The translations under genes and the position numbers were made by a program. 64,000 nt of DNA from Bigelowiella natans CCMP2755 (lineage: Eukaryota > Protista > Cercozoa): assembly GCA_000320545.1 (NCBI GenBank), contig ADNK01000505.1, positions 31,597-95,596 on the forward strand, in the 5' to 3' direction. Shown piece by piece: positions 27,377-39,779 of this stretch (position 1 is the first letter of the stretch; each line of letters begins with the position of its first letter). The notes beneath the pieces are model-generated. The model was not told where the DNA came from. It saw only the letters and a program-made list of their open reading frames with translations, and searched no databases.

Positions 27377-28120
27377 AGAAGAAGAAGAAAGTACTCCTCC
27401 CTCCTTGTCATCAGCATAAATCTACATGATAAGATGATGACATTTATTATTTCTGATGATTGGAAGGTAAAGGGATCAACAGAGGAGCATTATCTTATGG
27501 CATTGGAGAAATCAGTCAGTCAGTTGTGATGATGATAATAAAAGTGATGGTGATGATGATGATGATGATGATTTGTACTGCAACTAAGAAATAATGTTGT
27601 TGGTGTCCTCTTCTTATTCCCCTCCTTCTTGTTGTTCTCCTTCTTTATTTACCAACCATATAGATATGCAATAATCCGAGACTGGGGCCAGGTATAGTTG
27701 TATGTTAATTGTATATTGACTAAAACAACGACACTACTAATATTGTGAAAATAGTATATATTATTTGTAGAACAACACTTGACAACAACATTCAATAATC
27801 AGCTCTATGGAAGGGCCTTGAAGCTAACAAGAATATCAAACCAAAGCTTCTACCATGCTTTTCAAATGCATACAAGAAACATATGAAACAGCTACCAGTC
27901 TTTGGGTAACTACCGTTAACAAAAGAAAACGAGGATAACGATCAAGATTATCATTTATAGAAGAGGAGGAATAATGATGCTAATAATGCTTATTGCGACA
28001 AGAAGATGATAGTGATAGTATTTGATCTTATTATCATATCATATCTCTCTTATTATTCGGTGTGATATGTTTTCATGATAACGGTGTTTGTTACCTATGC
28101 TTCTTCTTCTTCTTCTACTA

Positions 28121-28155
<35 letters not shown>

Positions 28156-28471
28156 ACAGTTACGGACAAATGACATCGGAAGAATGGTGGAGGTTAGTGA
28201 TAAATGATAGCTTCATAGAGGTATTACTAGAAGTAGAAGTCACTTTTCTTTCTTTTATCTTGTACACATCATCATTATCACCATCTTCATCACCATCATC
28301 ATTATCATAATGATATTCCTGATACTACTACTACTATAAGGCTGGTGTACCAGAGGACCTCATGATGGTTGTCAGTACGGATGTAATTCACTATTTCACA
28401 AATACTTTAGAATCAAACAGCAACAACAATAATAACAACGACACATCCCGATTATTTATAACAGTTGCCTG

Positions 28472-28512
<41 letters not shown>

Positions 28513-28815
28513 GCTACGTCGCTCATTATTATCTGCATGGCATAATTATTACTAGCAGCAGGTACTGTAATCTATTGTACCCCAAAGTGGTTTTCCTCTT
28601 CCTCCCTTAATTTGATTATTAATGACTAGATTCTCTATCATGTATTATTCTCTGCATATCTTCTCCTAATCAGGTCACAGAGATATTGTACCGTCATTTC
28701 GCAACCAAAGATGCCTGGGAGTTGTATCCAGAGGTACTACTATAAGTAATTAATAATGACGATGATGATGATGATGATGATGATGACAATAACCACGATG
28801 AAGATAGTTTACTAT

Positions 28816-28849
<34 letters not shown>

Positions 28850-29014
28850 CCGAGCATTAATTAGTCTATTATGATTTATAGTAATCGATCAATGACCATC
28901 AATCATAGGTTGTTCCTTTGATTAAAGCCCTTAATTCCTCCGGGATCAAACTTGGTGTTGGTTTGTTTTTTCTTGCAATCCAGATACATATTTAATGTTG
29001 ATGAGATGGTGATA

Positions 29015-29049
<35 letters not shown>

Positions 29050-29178
29050 CACTTACTATTAACTATCACTGATGAATCAGGAGTCGTATCAAATTTTGAC
29101 GGCCGATTAAGAGAAATTCTCAAATCTCTAGAAATCGATCAATACTTCGAATTTGTTGTGACATCACGTGAACTTGGG

Positions 29179-29214
<36 letters not shown>

Positions 29215-29241
29215 TTTGTTGTGACATCACGTGAACTTGGG

Positions 29242-29274
<33 letters not shown>

Positions 29275-30633
29275 ATAGTAGTACAATAACCTCCATTGCA
29301 ATTGTAGTAACAGCAAACGATATAATATCTGTTTCAAGTAGTAGTATTATTAATTATCACAGCTTCATGAGCACCCAAATCGTTAAATGTTTCGTCGTCG
29401 TCGTCGTCCTCCTCCTCCTCCCCCTCCTTTATTGTTGCTACTACTATGAAATCAACTCATTTTTAAGGTGGAAAAGCCTTCAAAGAAGATCTTCGAGGAA
29501 GCGATGCGTAAGGTGATTTTCATATATTAGAGGAATAATAACTAACCATTCTATTTACGCGATCAACAAGGAAAAAATGAAAAGAATTTTTATAATGATG
29601 CTGCTGCTGCTACTACTGCCTCAGGCTGACATATATTCACCTGATGCAATGATTCACGTCGGTGATACTGTAAAAACGGATGTTCTTGGACCTCTGGACT
29701 TCGGAATGCCTTTTGTGTTTATCCAGGTAGTAGTAGTAGTAGTAGTAGTAGTAGCAGTAGTAGCAGTAATACTAATATCATCATACATTGGTAGATCAAT
29801 GTAAACAAGAAAATAATCACATCACAGACCTGTGTTGGGAGTACCTAACGACACATTTTGCTTGTAATAATTTCATGTCGTTTAATTGATAATACTGAAT
29901 TTTGATTATAATGGTTGTTGTTTATTATTACATATGATTGTTGTCTCAATTGATGATTATCCTCAGCGACATGGCGGTGGCATTGATGGATCTCGAGATA
30001 GCCCCCAACAAAAAACCATAGAGGTGTACTACTACTACCATTCATCTTAAATCGTCACAGCCGACTACTTCAAAATGATCAAACTATTGTTATTTATCTC
30101 TTGTTCACGATAATAATACCACATGATGATGATATTAATCAACTTTATTCTCGATCAATAATCGTGTAATTCACATATTGTTGTGACAAATAAAACTTAT
30201 GGAAGGAGCTCTTCGCTGATAGAGATGGCGGTACTCCTAATCCTACCACTACTACTGCTACTCCTACGACATGGCATGCAAGGAGAGAGACAACAAACAT
30301 CATCATCTCTTCTTCCATTACTTCGTATTATCACCAATACTTTCTTATCATTTTCATATAATTATATCCTTACTGAAAGATGATGCTCTTGTAATGCGAG
30401 CCAACACTGTATCCAACTATATCCTTACTGAAAGGTGATGCCCTTGTAATGCGAGCCAACACTGTATCCAATTTAAGCGCTGTGGCCACCTTTTTAGAGG
30501 TATCATCATACATCATCAATGTTTGATGGATGTAAATTATCACTGACATCATGCGATTCATTATTTTCTGGTTGACTTCAAGGATGGGTATAGATGGCAA
30601 GCTGAGGAGAGTAATAGTCGTCGTTTAATTTGA
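25638..30633 (+). CDS. HAD-superfamily hydrolase, HDHD3/REG-2-like, with long low-complexity N-terminal extension
   Basis: Exons give motif I IKAISFDFTGTLAKV (about 27275-27317), EEWWRLVI, AWELYPE, motif II LGVVSNFDGRL, motif III VEKPSKKIF and motif IV IHVGDTVKTDVLG. The start codon and final exon are uncertain. Confidence 0.85.
26483..26723. repeat. 61-bp intronic minisatellite, about 4 copies
   Basis: Unit AGAGAACAAATGGTAGTATTATGATGTAAATACGATACTATTACTAATATCCATATCATGT shifts by one column per 60-nt line. Confidence 0.92.
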
Positions 30634-30649
30634 GCTGTTAGAGAGCGAA

Positions 30650-31860
30650 CCTAGGAGCAACAACAGCGAATAGTGATGATGCCAATCAACCAATGCTGGA
30701 ATGCATGACCACCAGGAGAATCAGGAAGCAACGTTGATGACAACAACTCACAGCAGTGTCACAAGAACATGTCAGTGACATGAATCGCACGTTGCAACTC
30801 CGCATGCTGCACTCTAGATGCTGTTGTGCGCAGCACTCATGTGGATGCAATGATGTGATTTGGCAATTCTTGTCAACAGCATGAACGATGACATTGCATG
30901 CGTGATGACATCCTATATTGACAAGCTTGATGGTGTATATAGGTGGGCTAGTGGGCACATTCAACCTGAGGCTGTTGCCTCACGCATCGCGCTTGAAAAC
31001 CTCGATCGATCCACTGTGCTCTGCATGGATGCACACAGCTAGCAAGCTAACTAGCTAAGCAAGGTGGTGGGCGCATTTCGTAATCTTGCATATCTAGATA
31101 TACAGCAGTTGCAGACACTTATTTTATCGACACGCTGATGTGAGATGCATGCTAGCATGCACGGCTGATGACGAGCTCTTGAGAATTCATGCACTCTTAA
31201 TACTGCTGCAATGGAACACGTTTGGCCATGAGCTTGACAACAAGTGAAAAGGCCGCGCCACGACACACCTAGATACTTGTTTGATGCGTGCGCTGCAAGT
31301 AAATGTGCAACAACAAACATGGTCGGACAGGGGCAATGGAGGACGTTTGATGTCTTGCCGTTTTGCCACATTCCTAGATGTGGTGGGGGGCGTTTGCTGT
31401 GTTTGATTCATTTTGCACGTTTTTGTCAGTAGGTGACAGCAACTGTGCACTTCTGTGGCCATTTCGCTTGACACTCAATTCATTAAAATTTGGCGTGCAC
31501 AGAAGCATCTTGATTGACTGACATTGCTGTCTCTTCAGATTTGAAGTTCAGACGACTGCTAAAAAATGGTGCTCCTGATACTGATGCCACTACTGATGCT
31601 GCTTCGTGTCACCAAACTGTTCACGTGGAAGAAGAACCAGGGAAAAATTTGTCCGACACATTCTTGGAAGTGACATAGCAGCACATGATCACCCCGAAGA
31701 CCAGCATTGCACTGTGCAGTTTGTTGTCATCACAATTATCATGGAACAAACACACACTGAAATGAGAACAAGTAGCATCACAATCATCATGGAACAAACA
31801 CACACTGAAACAAGAATAACTGAACTTTGTCATTGATTGTCACTGTCACGTACTACCAGT
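30650..31860. other. TpA-depleted island between convergent HAD and transporter 3' ends, overlapping the last transporter exon and intron
   Basis: Several whole 60-nt lines have no TA (30721, 30841, 30961). Many survivors are CTAG/CTA/TAG, with patches of unprotected TA near 30915-30942 and 31081-31127. Confidence 0.8.
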
Positions 31861-32082
31861 TGATCGTTTGCTTCCAAAGTGGGATTCGGTTGAAATCATC
31901 AAGGCCTAAACATCTAGATCACAGAAGATGAATCAACTTGGTGTTGCTAGTAAGCATCTGTCCTCCACACTGACGATGATGATGATGATGATGGATTCAT
32001 TGATAACATCTAAGTCTCTTTCACAAGTAAGAGTAAATGAATGTTAACACATAAATGTTCCATCCTTCATTTACTACTACTG

Positions 32083-32113
<31 letters not shown>

Positions 32114-32629
32114 AACTACTACGACAAACTGTTAGACGACAACGACTGACAATAGAAGAGGATTATTCGTTGCTGCATTGATAAATATGAGCTACTTGGT
32201 ATCATCATTACCATTGTTATTATTAATATTATTATTATATTAAGTGAAATATGATTGCTACTTACAGGTACATGAGCGGGGGCAAGATGAAAGCAACAAT
32301 TGTTATTGAGAATCCACCAACTAAAGCAACCTACAACATTACAATGCAGATACACACGCTCACAACACGCTCACATGCACGCACACAAACATAAATCAAA
32401 CTGTCATTGTAGTAAGGTTATTATTATCATTTCACTAATTTGTTTGAATAGGATACTACAACCAACCAGAAATGCGAAGTCTGGTACGGTAAGAGTTATG
32501 ACAAGAGAAATGACCACCTAATAATGATAAGAAGAAGAAGAAGGAGGAGGAGGAAGAGGAAGAGGAGGAGGAGAAGGAGGAGGAGAGGTAGTGGTAAGAG
32601 TTATGACAAGAAAAATGACCACCTAATAA

Positions 32630-32660
<31 letters not shown>

Positions 32661-34300
32661 AGAAGAAGAAGAAGAAGAAGGGAAAGGAGGATGACGATGT
32701 GACTTCCTTCTGTCTACGGAGAGGCATGCACTAGAAGAAAAAATAGGGGTGTATATATGTATCAACTGGGACAACAACGAACGAAGGAATCAATCAACCA
32801 ACGAATCAACAAGTGCTTAATGGGAATGTATGAGTGAAGAAAGAGTAGCAAGTATACTTGATGATTTCTTCATCTATTACCAACGCTAATCGCATGGAAA
32901 CTTTCAGAGGACCGCATTCGTTTCCTATTATTATTCACAAACTTAATTATATAATATGTTCGATTTATTTTGTATTCTCATGACCATGTATTATGATCGC
33001 TCATTTTCGATTATGATTCTCACATTACACACATATTATAGTCTGCTGCCTTGAAGGACAAAGGAATATTTTGCTACTACTATTTCTCCCTACCTAACAA
33101 ACCCCTTCATACTATTTTGCTACTACTATTTCTCCCTACCTAACGAACCCCTTCATACTATGAACAAGAAGAATAAACATGTAGTAGTAATACTACTAAC
33201 TTACTACTATACCACAACATTTATCCATAAGCGGCAACAGCCCATCATTTATTGCTGAAAAATATCTTTAAACACAAAGTAAGAAAAACAATGATGATAT
33301 ACAACTACTAGCAAGTAACTTGGCACCACCACCACCACCACCACCACTCAGTGAATATGCTGCTGCTGGAACATTAAGAAGGGAAGAAAGAAAAAGTACT
33401 ACTTGAGAGGTACGGTACAAAAGACCGCAATTCCATGGAAAACTTTAACAACTCCAACCTACTCACATAATATACATCACAAATAATAGAGACATCAGTA
33501 GCAGTAGCAATAAATCAATACGTCAAACAAGAAGAGCTAACAATTAACAACTCATCTACTACTAGTTACTACTGCAACAATAGTGTGGTGCTGCTGATGC
33601 TACTGCTACAACCATCATCAAAACAAGTTAAGAACAGGGAAAAGCTCTTTGGTAATTGATTCTTATTTATTTGTAAATTATTGATCAACATTATCATGAA
33701 GCAGTAGTACGGTAGTAGCATATCATTAGGTAACTCAGTAGTTCGGATGATGATGATAATAATGATCTAATTATATTAATTACCACGGGACCTTCCAGAT
33801 TTTCAAATACCAAGCCCTACGATGACCGTTATATCCATTACATCACATCACATTACGTCACATCACACCACACAGAGGTTTATTTCAACACCATCTGATT
33901 AGTAGAAGGTGTGGTAGTTGTTATAGTAGAAGTAGTAGTAGAAGAAGAAGAAGAAGAAGAAGAGGTAGTAGTAGAAGTAGTAGCTATCTGGAACGAAAAT
34001 ATGCCTTTGTAATATAGTATTGTTGTTGTTGATGATGATGATGATGTATAATATGTGAATGTATCAATTGTTGTATTGTTGTATGATAACTCCACACAAG
34101 TACGTACCCGGGTATTCTTTCCAAATGACCACGCTACCACCAATCCAAATACCAAGTATGCAACTACTAGTACCCCTAATAGTAATAATGCTTCATGATG
34201 ATGATGATGATGATGATGCTGGTGATGATGGTGCTGCTTTGTACACTTACCAAAACTTGCTGCAAGAACACGAGGGTAGTCCTCACTACACAATGATTAC

Positions 34301-34331
<31 letters not shown>

Positions 34332-36557
34332 CGAGGAGGAGGAGGAGGAGGAGGATAAGATGAGGATAGATCATCAAGAAACAGGAGTAGTCGGCAGTGG
34401 TACTAATAGCAATTAGCAAACCATTGCAACAAACAATTTCACAACAAACTGTTCGTAGTAGTGACAATAATACCGTTTCTGCATCGATGTTGAGATTGGA
34501 AGAACCTATTAGTAGTAGAAGAAGAAGAAGATGGTGATGATGATGATGATGATGATGAAAATAAACATTTTATAATTTAAGAGCGGGCACTCCGATAATG
34601 TATGCATAATACAATGTTATACACATATTATCCCCTTTTTCATTATTACCTCCCCTATGCTGTTGAACATGTAGATGCATATACTGAAAAAGACTGCAAG
34701 TTCTGGTACAGATGTGCTAAACAAATTCAGATTATTATCGTCATTATTTGTAAATTAGATCATAATATGAACCTCCTTTTCATTTCATATTTGCATCAGC
34801 ATTATACACCCGCCACTCACCGACGAACAACCAGCAATATAAATGAATAATGACAAATGCTTCATAATTTATGCCAATATTCTCACATACCCAATTTGAA
34901 CATTGTTGGTGTTGAGCGATGGAGAAGCATAAATCATGATCGAAATCAGAGACACCAAAACAGCAATATTTCCAAGAAGGGATGTGTTTTTGAGAAAGCT
35001 GATATCTGCATAAGGTGATGATGCATCGTTTGTTAGGCCTTTACTAACGACTGATGATGCATATAGAAGCTGCTCATGGCATTAGTAATTTATAGTATTA
35101 GAAATAGAAATAGTATACCATTGAGAAGTGTAAATCCAGAAACAAGAGTTCCGCATAAGATTAAAGATAGCCGGAAGTCTATATCTAATAATTTATACAA
35201 AGAAGCATACAGACGGACGGAGAACACACACCAATTTGTAATTTCGGTTTTCATTGACCACGTCATTATTCCAAAATGCTGCTGCTCTTTCTACTTGCTA
35301 CTGCTGCTGCTGTACCTGCAAGTCCCCATGAGTTTAGTGCAGATGTAAAGTTCTTCCCCATAAAAGTGAAATGGGCTGCGCAAACGAATATCTGTGGTTG
35401 TGGTTTTTTAGAGGAGGAGGAGGAGGAGGAGGAGGAAATCTATAAATGATGATAACTCACAAAGAAGCTAATATGTTTGAAGTTGATTATGATATAGTGG
35501 TGAGTAATTTCTTCCTTTATTCAGTGATGATTAAATAGGATTGTTGGTTATTTCTTCCTTTTATTCGCTGAAAATGTTGACCTGCATAATGATCAAGTTT
35601 AAACTTCCAATCCATTGCCCTGATTTTAATGAGGAGTTTCAGTATTAACTACTAGTTCACGTTAATTTACCATAGCGAAGTTGTTTTATTTACATTTGGT
35701 TGGGTTGGCATTTATTATTCTTAGAAATCTACTCATTTACCACTCAATTACGATTGCTTTCTTCAAACTGTCAATATCACTATTTCTAACCCTTATTTTT
35801 CTCTCTCATCTATCCTCTTTTTCTCCCCCGCACAAGTTGATCAGGCATTTGAGTTACATACTTGTAGCGGTAGAAGTATAGTTTAGAACAACTACCACTA
35901 GGTAGTGCTAGTAGTAATTGTTGTTGTTGTTATTGTACCAAAAGAACCCAAGATCGATTCACATAGACCACTATATGTTGGTTGTGCCGGTCTCATTTCG
36001 TAACACGCTGTCAGGGTAAGATTCATGCACATCGTGTACCTAAAAATATGAAAAATGGTGGTCCTTAGATGGATGGTGATGATATTTTCCAGATTCACAA
36101 GTTCATCTGCAATGCATGCTAATTTTTATACATTGCGATGGATACGACTAGAATGGGTCCAAATAGTGATCCAGATAACTGGAACGCGTGTGGTAAGGCC
36201 AGTACACCAGTACCTTATTAAGAATAATCACATCAGCATTTTCCTCATAATTCAAAATGTGGGTATCAGTAGTAGTTCACCTATGATCGCCTTCACTGTG
36301 CTCTGAAAAGCCTCAAAAAAGGATAACCCTGATCTTTCAATCGTCTTCAATGGCATTTCTAACATTACATCCTTGTTGCTTTTTGACACTCGGTTGTAAT
36401 TCCCCGCATACTGGAAAACACATATACACACACCACTATCGATTCATTCATATCATACAGAAGAACGCATGAAATTCCATTACAAAAGATTATGAATTTC
36501 AGAGAGACATTTTAAGATAGAAGAACGAAGACTAGGTACCGTCTCAGCCGCTGTCAT
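31621..36557 (-). CDS. Amino acid/auxin permease (AAAP; Aa_trans, SLC36/38-like) transporter
   Basis: Spliced chain includes AFQSTVKAIIGTGVLALPHAFQLSG, PTYSGLCESILG, ISFLKNTSLLGNIAV, FFSICIYMFNSIGEVLPISTSMQK, VPDFAFLVALVGGFSITIVAFILPPLMYL and last exon AMLVFGVIMCCYVT...SST* (stop 31621-31623). The start could lie further upstream. Confidence 0.88.
31728..31819. repeat. 48-bp-period tandem duplication in the last transporter intron
   Basis: CATCACAATTATCATGGAACAAACACACACTGAAATGAGAACAA versus CATCACAATCATCATGGAACAAACACACACTGAAACAAGAATAA. Confidence 0.92.
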
Positions 36558-37954
36558 AAAGATCCACCTTACTGAGCTCCACAGCAGTCGTCGTAGGGGG
36601 GTTGGTTGATGTGAGAAAGCTGTTGGAGTATGTCCGGAGAAATCTGGTGAGTTTATCTGTCAATACTAAACTACGACTGGATAATGAACAAGTCGCAAGT
36701 ATAAAACACTATGGTTAATACATAAAATAAACGTATAGGATTTCTTACATGCGACTATAAATATCTTTGATAAACGAAGTTCTTGTAAAAAGGCAGTACC
36801 GGTAAAAGACGCAACACATAATCAAATGGAATGCCATTTTTGCATAAAAGTTTTACATTCAGATGTCGCTGTGTAACATTAAACAGTACATCATAAATTG
36901 GAAAAATTGCGAATGTATCTAGTCTCAGGGAACAAATATATTGCTATTTTAAAAAAAAAACTGTCTTCCGTGTGAAAAAAAAAAAGAAGCCGTTCTTATA
37001 TTTACCTAAAATCACTTCATACCGATAAATTATGACATGTGAAAATTTGACAATTATTAGGTAATTACGGGATTTTACCCCCCCATTTTAGAAGCGAAAT
37101 ATTATATAGAGAAAATAAAATATCGTCACAATCAACATAATCTCGTGTTTCTCTTTAGTCAAAAGAGCGATGGGAGGAGTGGAGAACCACCTTTCGAAAG
37201 CTGGTTGGCAAGGAGATTTTTCCCATATTTTTAGTATCTCAGGCCCGTTTATGAATAGAACGCAGGAGGTTCTGAGCGATGTCGTTCTTTCTCGCTCCGT
37301 CGTTTGTCGACGAAAGAGAGTTATGTGTCTCTCTCGATAATATGTCCTCACTCCGTGGTCATTGAGAAGATAAGCCACGATATAATTATTCCATGCTTTT
37401 TACTGAAGTATTTCCCTGTTTGTGGACGCATATAATTTTACCAGGATTCCATCATCTATATTAAGCAGCAGCAAGCAGCAGCAACAGCACGAAAGCATAA
37501 AAGAGAAAGAGAAGGAGGAGGTCGTGTTAAACAAGTGTCGTAGTACGTGCGTGTGCGTGGTGCCTGTGTGTGTGTCTGCTGCTGTGACGTGTCTTCTGTT
37601 GCTGTGTGCTTACCTCATCGTACATCATCATTCGGGTACGTGATCAACTTGTACATATGCGCAACTGCTTGAAGCTCTGTATTGATTGTAACACGTTTTT
37701 TAAAGAGAAGGAGTCAGAGGAAGAAAGAAGAAGAAGAGGATTACGACCACCGATCACGTTCGTGTGTCTGTGTTTGTGTGTGAGTCCCTACACATACTGA
37801 AAAGAAAGAGAGGCACCAGGCAGAGAACCAGCAGGCCCCTTCTTCGATCAAACCCACCAACTTTTATACACGACGTTAGCTTTTGGACACGTCGTTATCC
37901 ATCCACCTTTTGTAAGCAATAGCTTTGGTAATACCGATCTGCCGAGGAGAGCTC

Positions 37955-38974
37955 ATGCTTCGTGGAAAGAATGAACACGAGAAATTGGGAACTTTAGGAA
38001 GCATATTTGTAGGTTTATTGGTCCTCGTAGCCATAGGTGGCGCATATTCACTTAGATCCTATCCCATACCCGTACTACTAACGAGGTCGTCGGCCCCTGC
38101 TGCTGCTGCTGCTGCTGCACAGTCTGTTGGAGGAGGAAACTCAAATGCTATGCAACATTATTCCAATGCAAACGGGGAAGCAAAGGCTATCATTGCAGGC
38201 ATCTTCGAAGAAGCTTGTAGGGATGTAGTGAATAATGACCTCTCTGCAGAAACAACCATGAGACTATTGAGCCTAACAGGACTTACACCAGAGGGATTGA
38301 AAATCACAGTTGCATACTTTGGATCCCCAGATAGGCTCAAGGAACAAGGATCAATCCATGCTATAAATCAAGACTTTTTACAGTTTGTTCGTGAAAATGA
38401 AGCTAATCTTCATTCCCCGGAATTACTCACAAGAGGGGTTGACTGCAAAGTATTTGCATACAACATGATTAATCTTGCTGACAGGTACGTAGCACTCCAA
38501 CTCTCGAAATAGCAGCCCATTTACGGCACTGATTCTAACATGAAGCTGGAGAATTGCCCTCTCCGCTCTAATTATTGCAATATATAGAAGCCGTAGTGAC
38601 ACAATCGCGTCCATTATCAACTTGATGTTCCTAAAAAATTATCAAAATTGTGATGGTTTGATTAAAATTCTTTGATGATTAGGACGGCGAGTTTTGTTCA
38701 AGGTGAAGGTGCTGAAGTTGGAAGAGGTCTCTTGGGATCAAGTTTGTTATTTCCTAAGATTCCATCGATAGCGCAGACGCTTAATGTTTTTGGTGTATGG
38801 CTTCAAAAGGCCCTCAAGTCAGTGGTTTCAACATCGCTCAAAATGCTACCAACTGTGAGACTTTATGCTCCAAGGAGACGACGTAAAAAAATGGAGAAAC
38901 CGAAGTCTAGAGGGTGCTTTGGGTGCATGAGTACTTCGTGCATTCCAGGATGTGGTACTGCAGTGGATTATTAA
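37955..38974 (+). CDS. Hypothetical protein with N-terminal hydrophobic signal/anchor; exons 37955-38484 and 38683-38974
   Basis: Two clean ORFs joined in phase by one GT-AG intron (GACAG|GTACGT ... GATTAG|G). Hydrophobic segment GSIFVGLLVLVAIGGAYS. No recognisable family. Confidence 0.7.
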
Positions 38975-39519
38975 AGAAGAAGAGGAGGAGGGGGGGGAAC
39001 ACCGGTCGGCGGTGAATGTGCGTGGTGGTGGTGGTTTGCACTTGGCTATCGAGTGTCATCATCATTATCGGTGACGAGAGATGATTCACATGTACAGCGG
39101 CAACAACACTAAACACAAACAAATGCAGCTACTACTGCATGCAGGAGAATGAAATTACGACCGGAATCCATCAATCGACACAAAAAGAACCAAATTATAA
39201 TTCACATGCTGCTACGACCTTCATATCTTTTCTCGTGTTGCAGTACCCTCTCTTCTCTTCACGTATTTTAATAGCGCCTTTTTCTCCGAAACGGATAAGG
39301 CATTCTTATACTTCTCGAGTAGTAAGAAAATGACAATCGTCCTTCATTTTCTTCATCTCTAAACCAATTCATATCTAGTAATCTAGATACATGATATCTG
39401 TAAACGGTTGTTTCAGGTCCACTTACTTTCCTAAGTAAGACGATCTAACCGAATAAGAATAATAGGGTTTTTTTACGGCAGCAGCTTAATGTTCATGGAA
39501 ATATGCAAATATATACGTG

Positions 39520-39557
<38 letters not shown>

Positions 39558-39779
39558 CATGGTACTATGTATCGTCGCGATCTGCTCTAGAGAAAAAGTT
39601 AATCTTCAGCTATCATAGAGCAAATTAACTGAACCATTAGGGTTCAAGCATAAAAGGAAAACAACCATAAGTCCGACAACACGATTCATGGAAACGATTG
39701 TCACATACATTCGGTTATTATCAAGTTTGCTACATGATGTAGTTCATACTGTTTCGATGCTACCATGTATGTGATGAGG

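Noticed and set aside
30900-31310. About 175-bp spacing of surviving TA patches (nucleosome phasing)
   Set aside because: There are too few patches, and one near 31200 breaks the period. It needs genome-wide autocorrelation.
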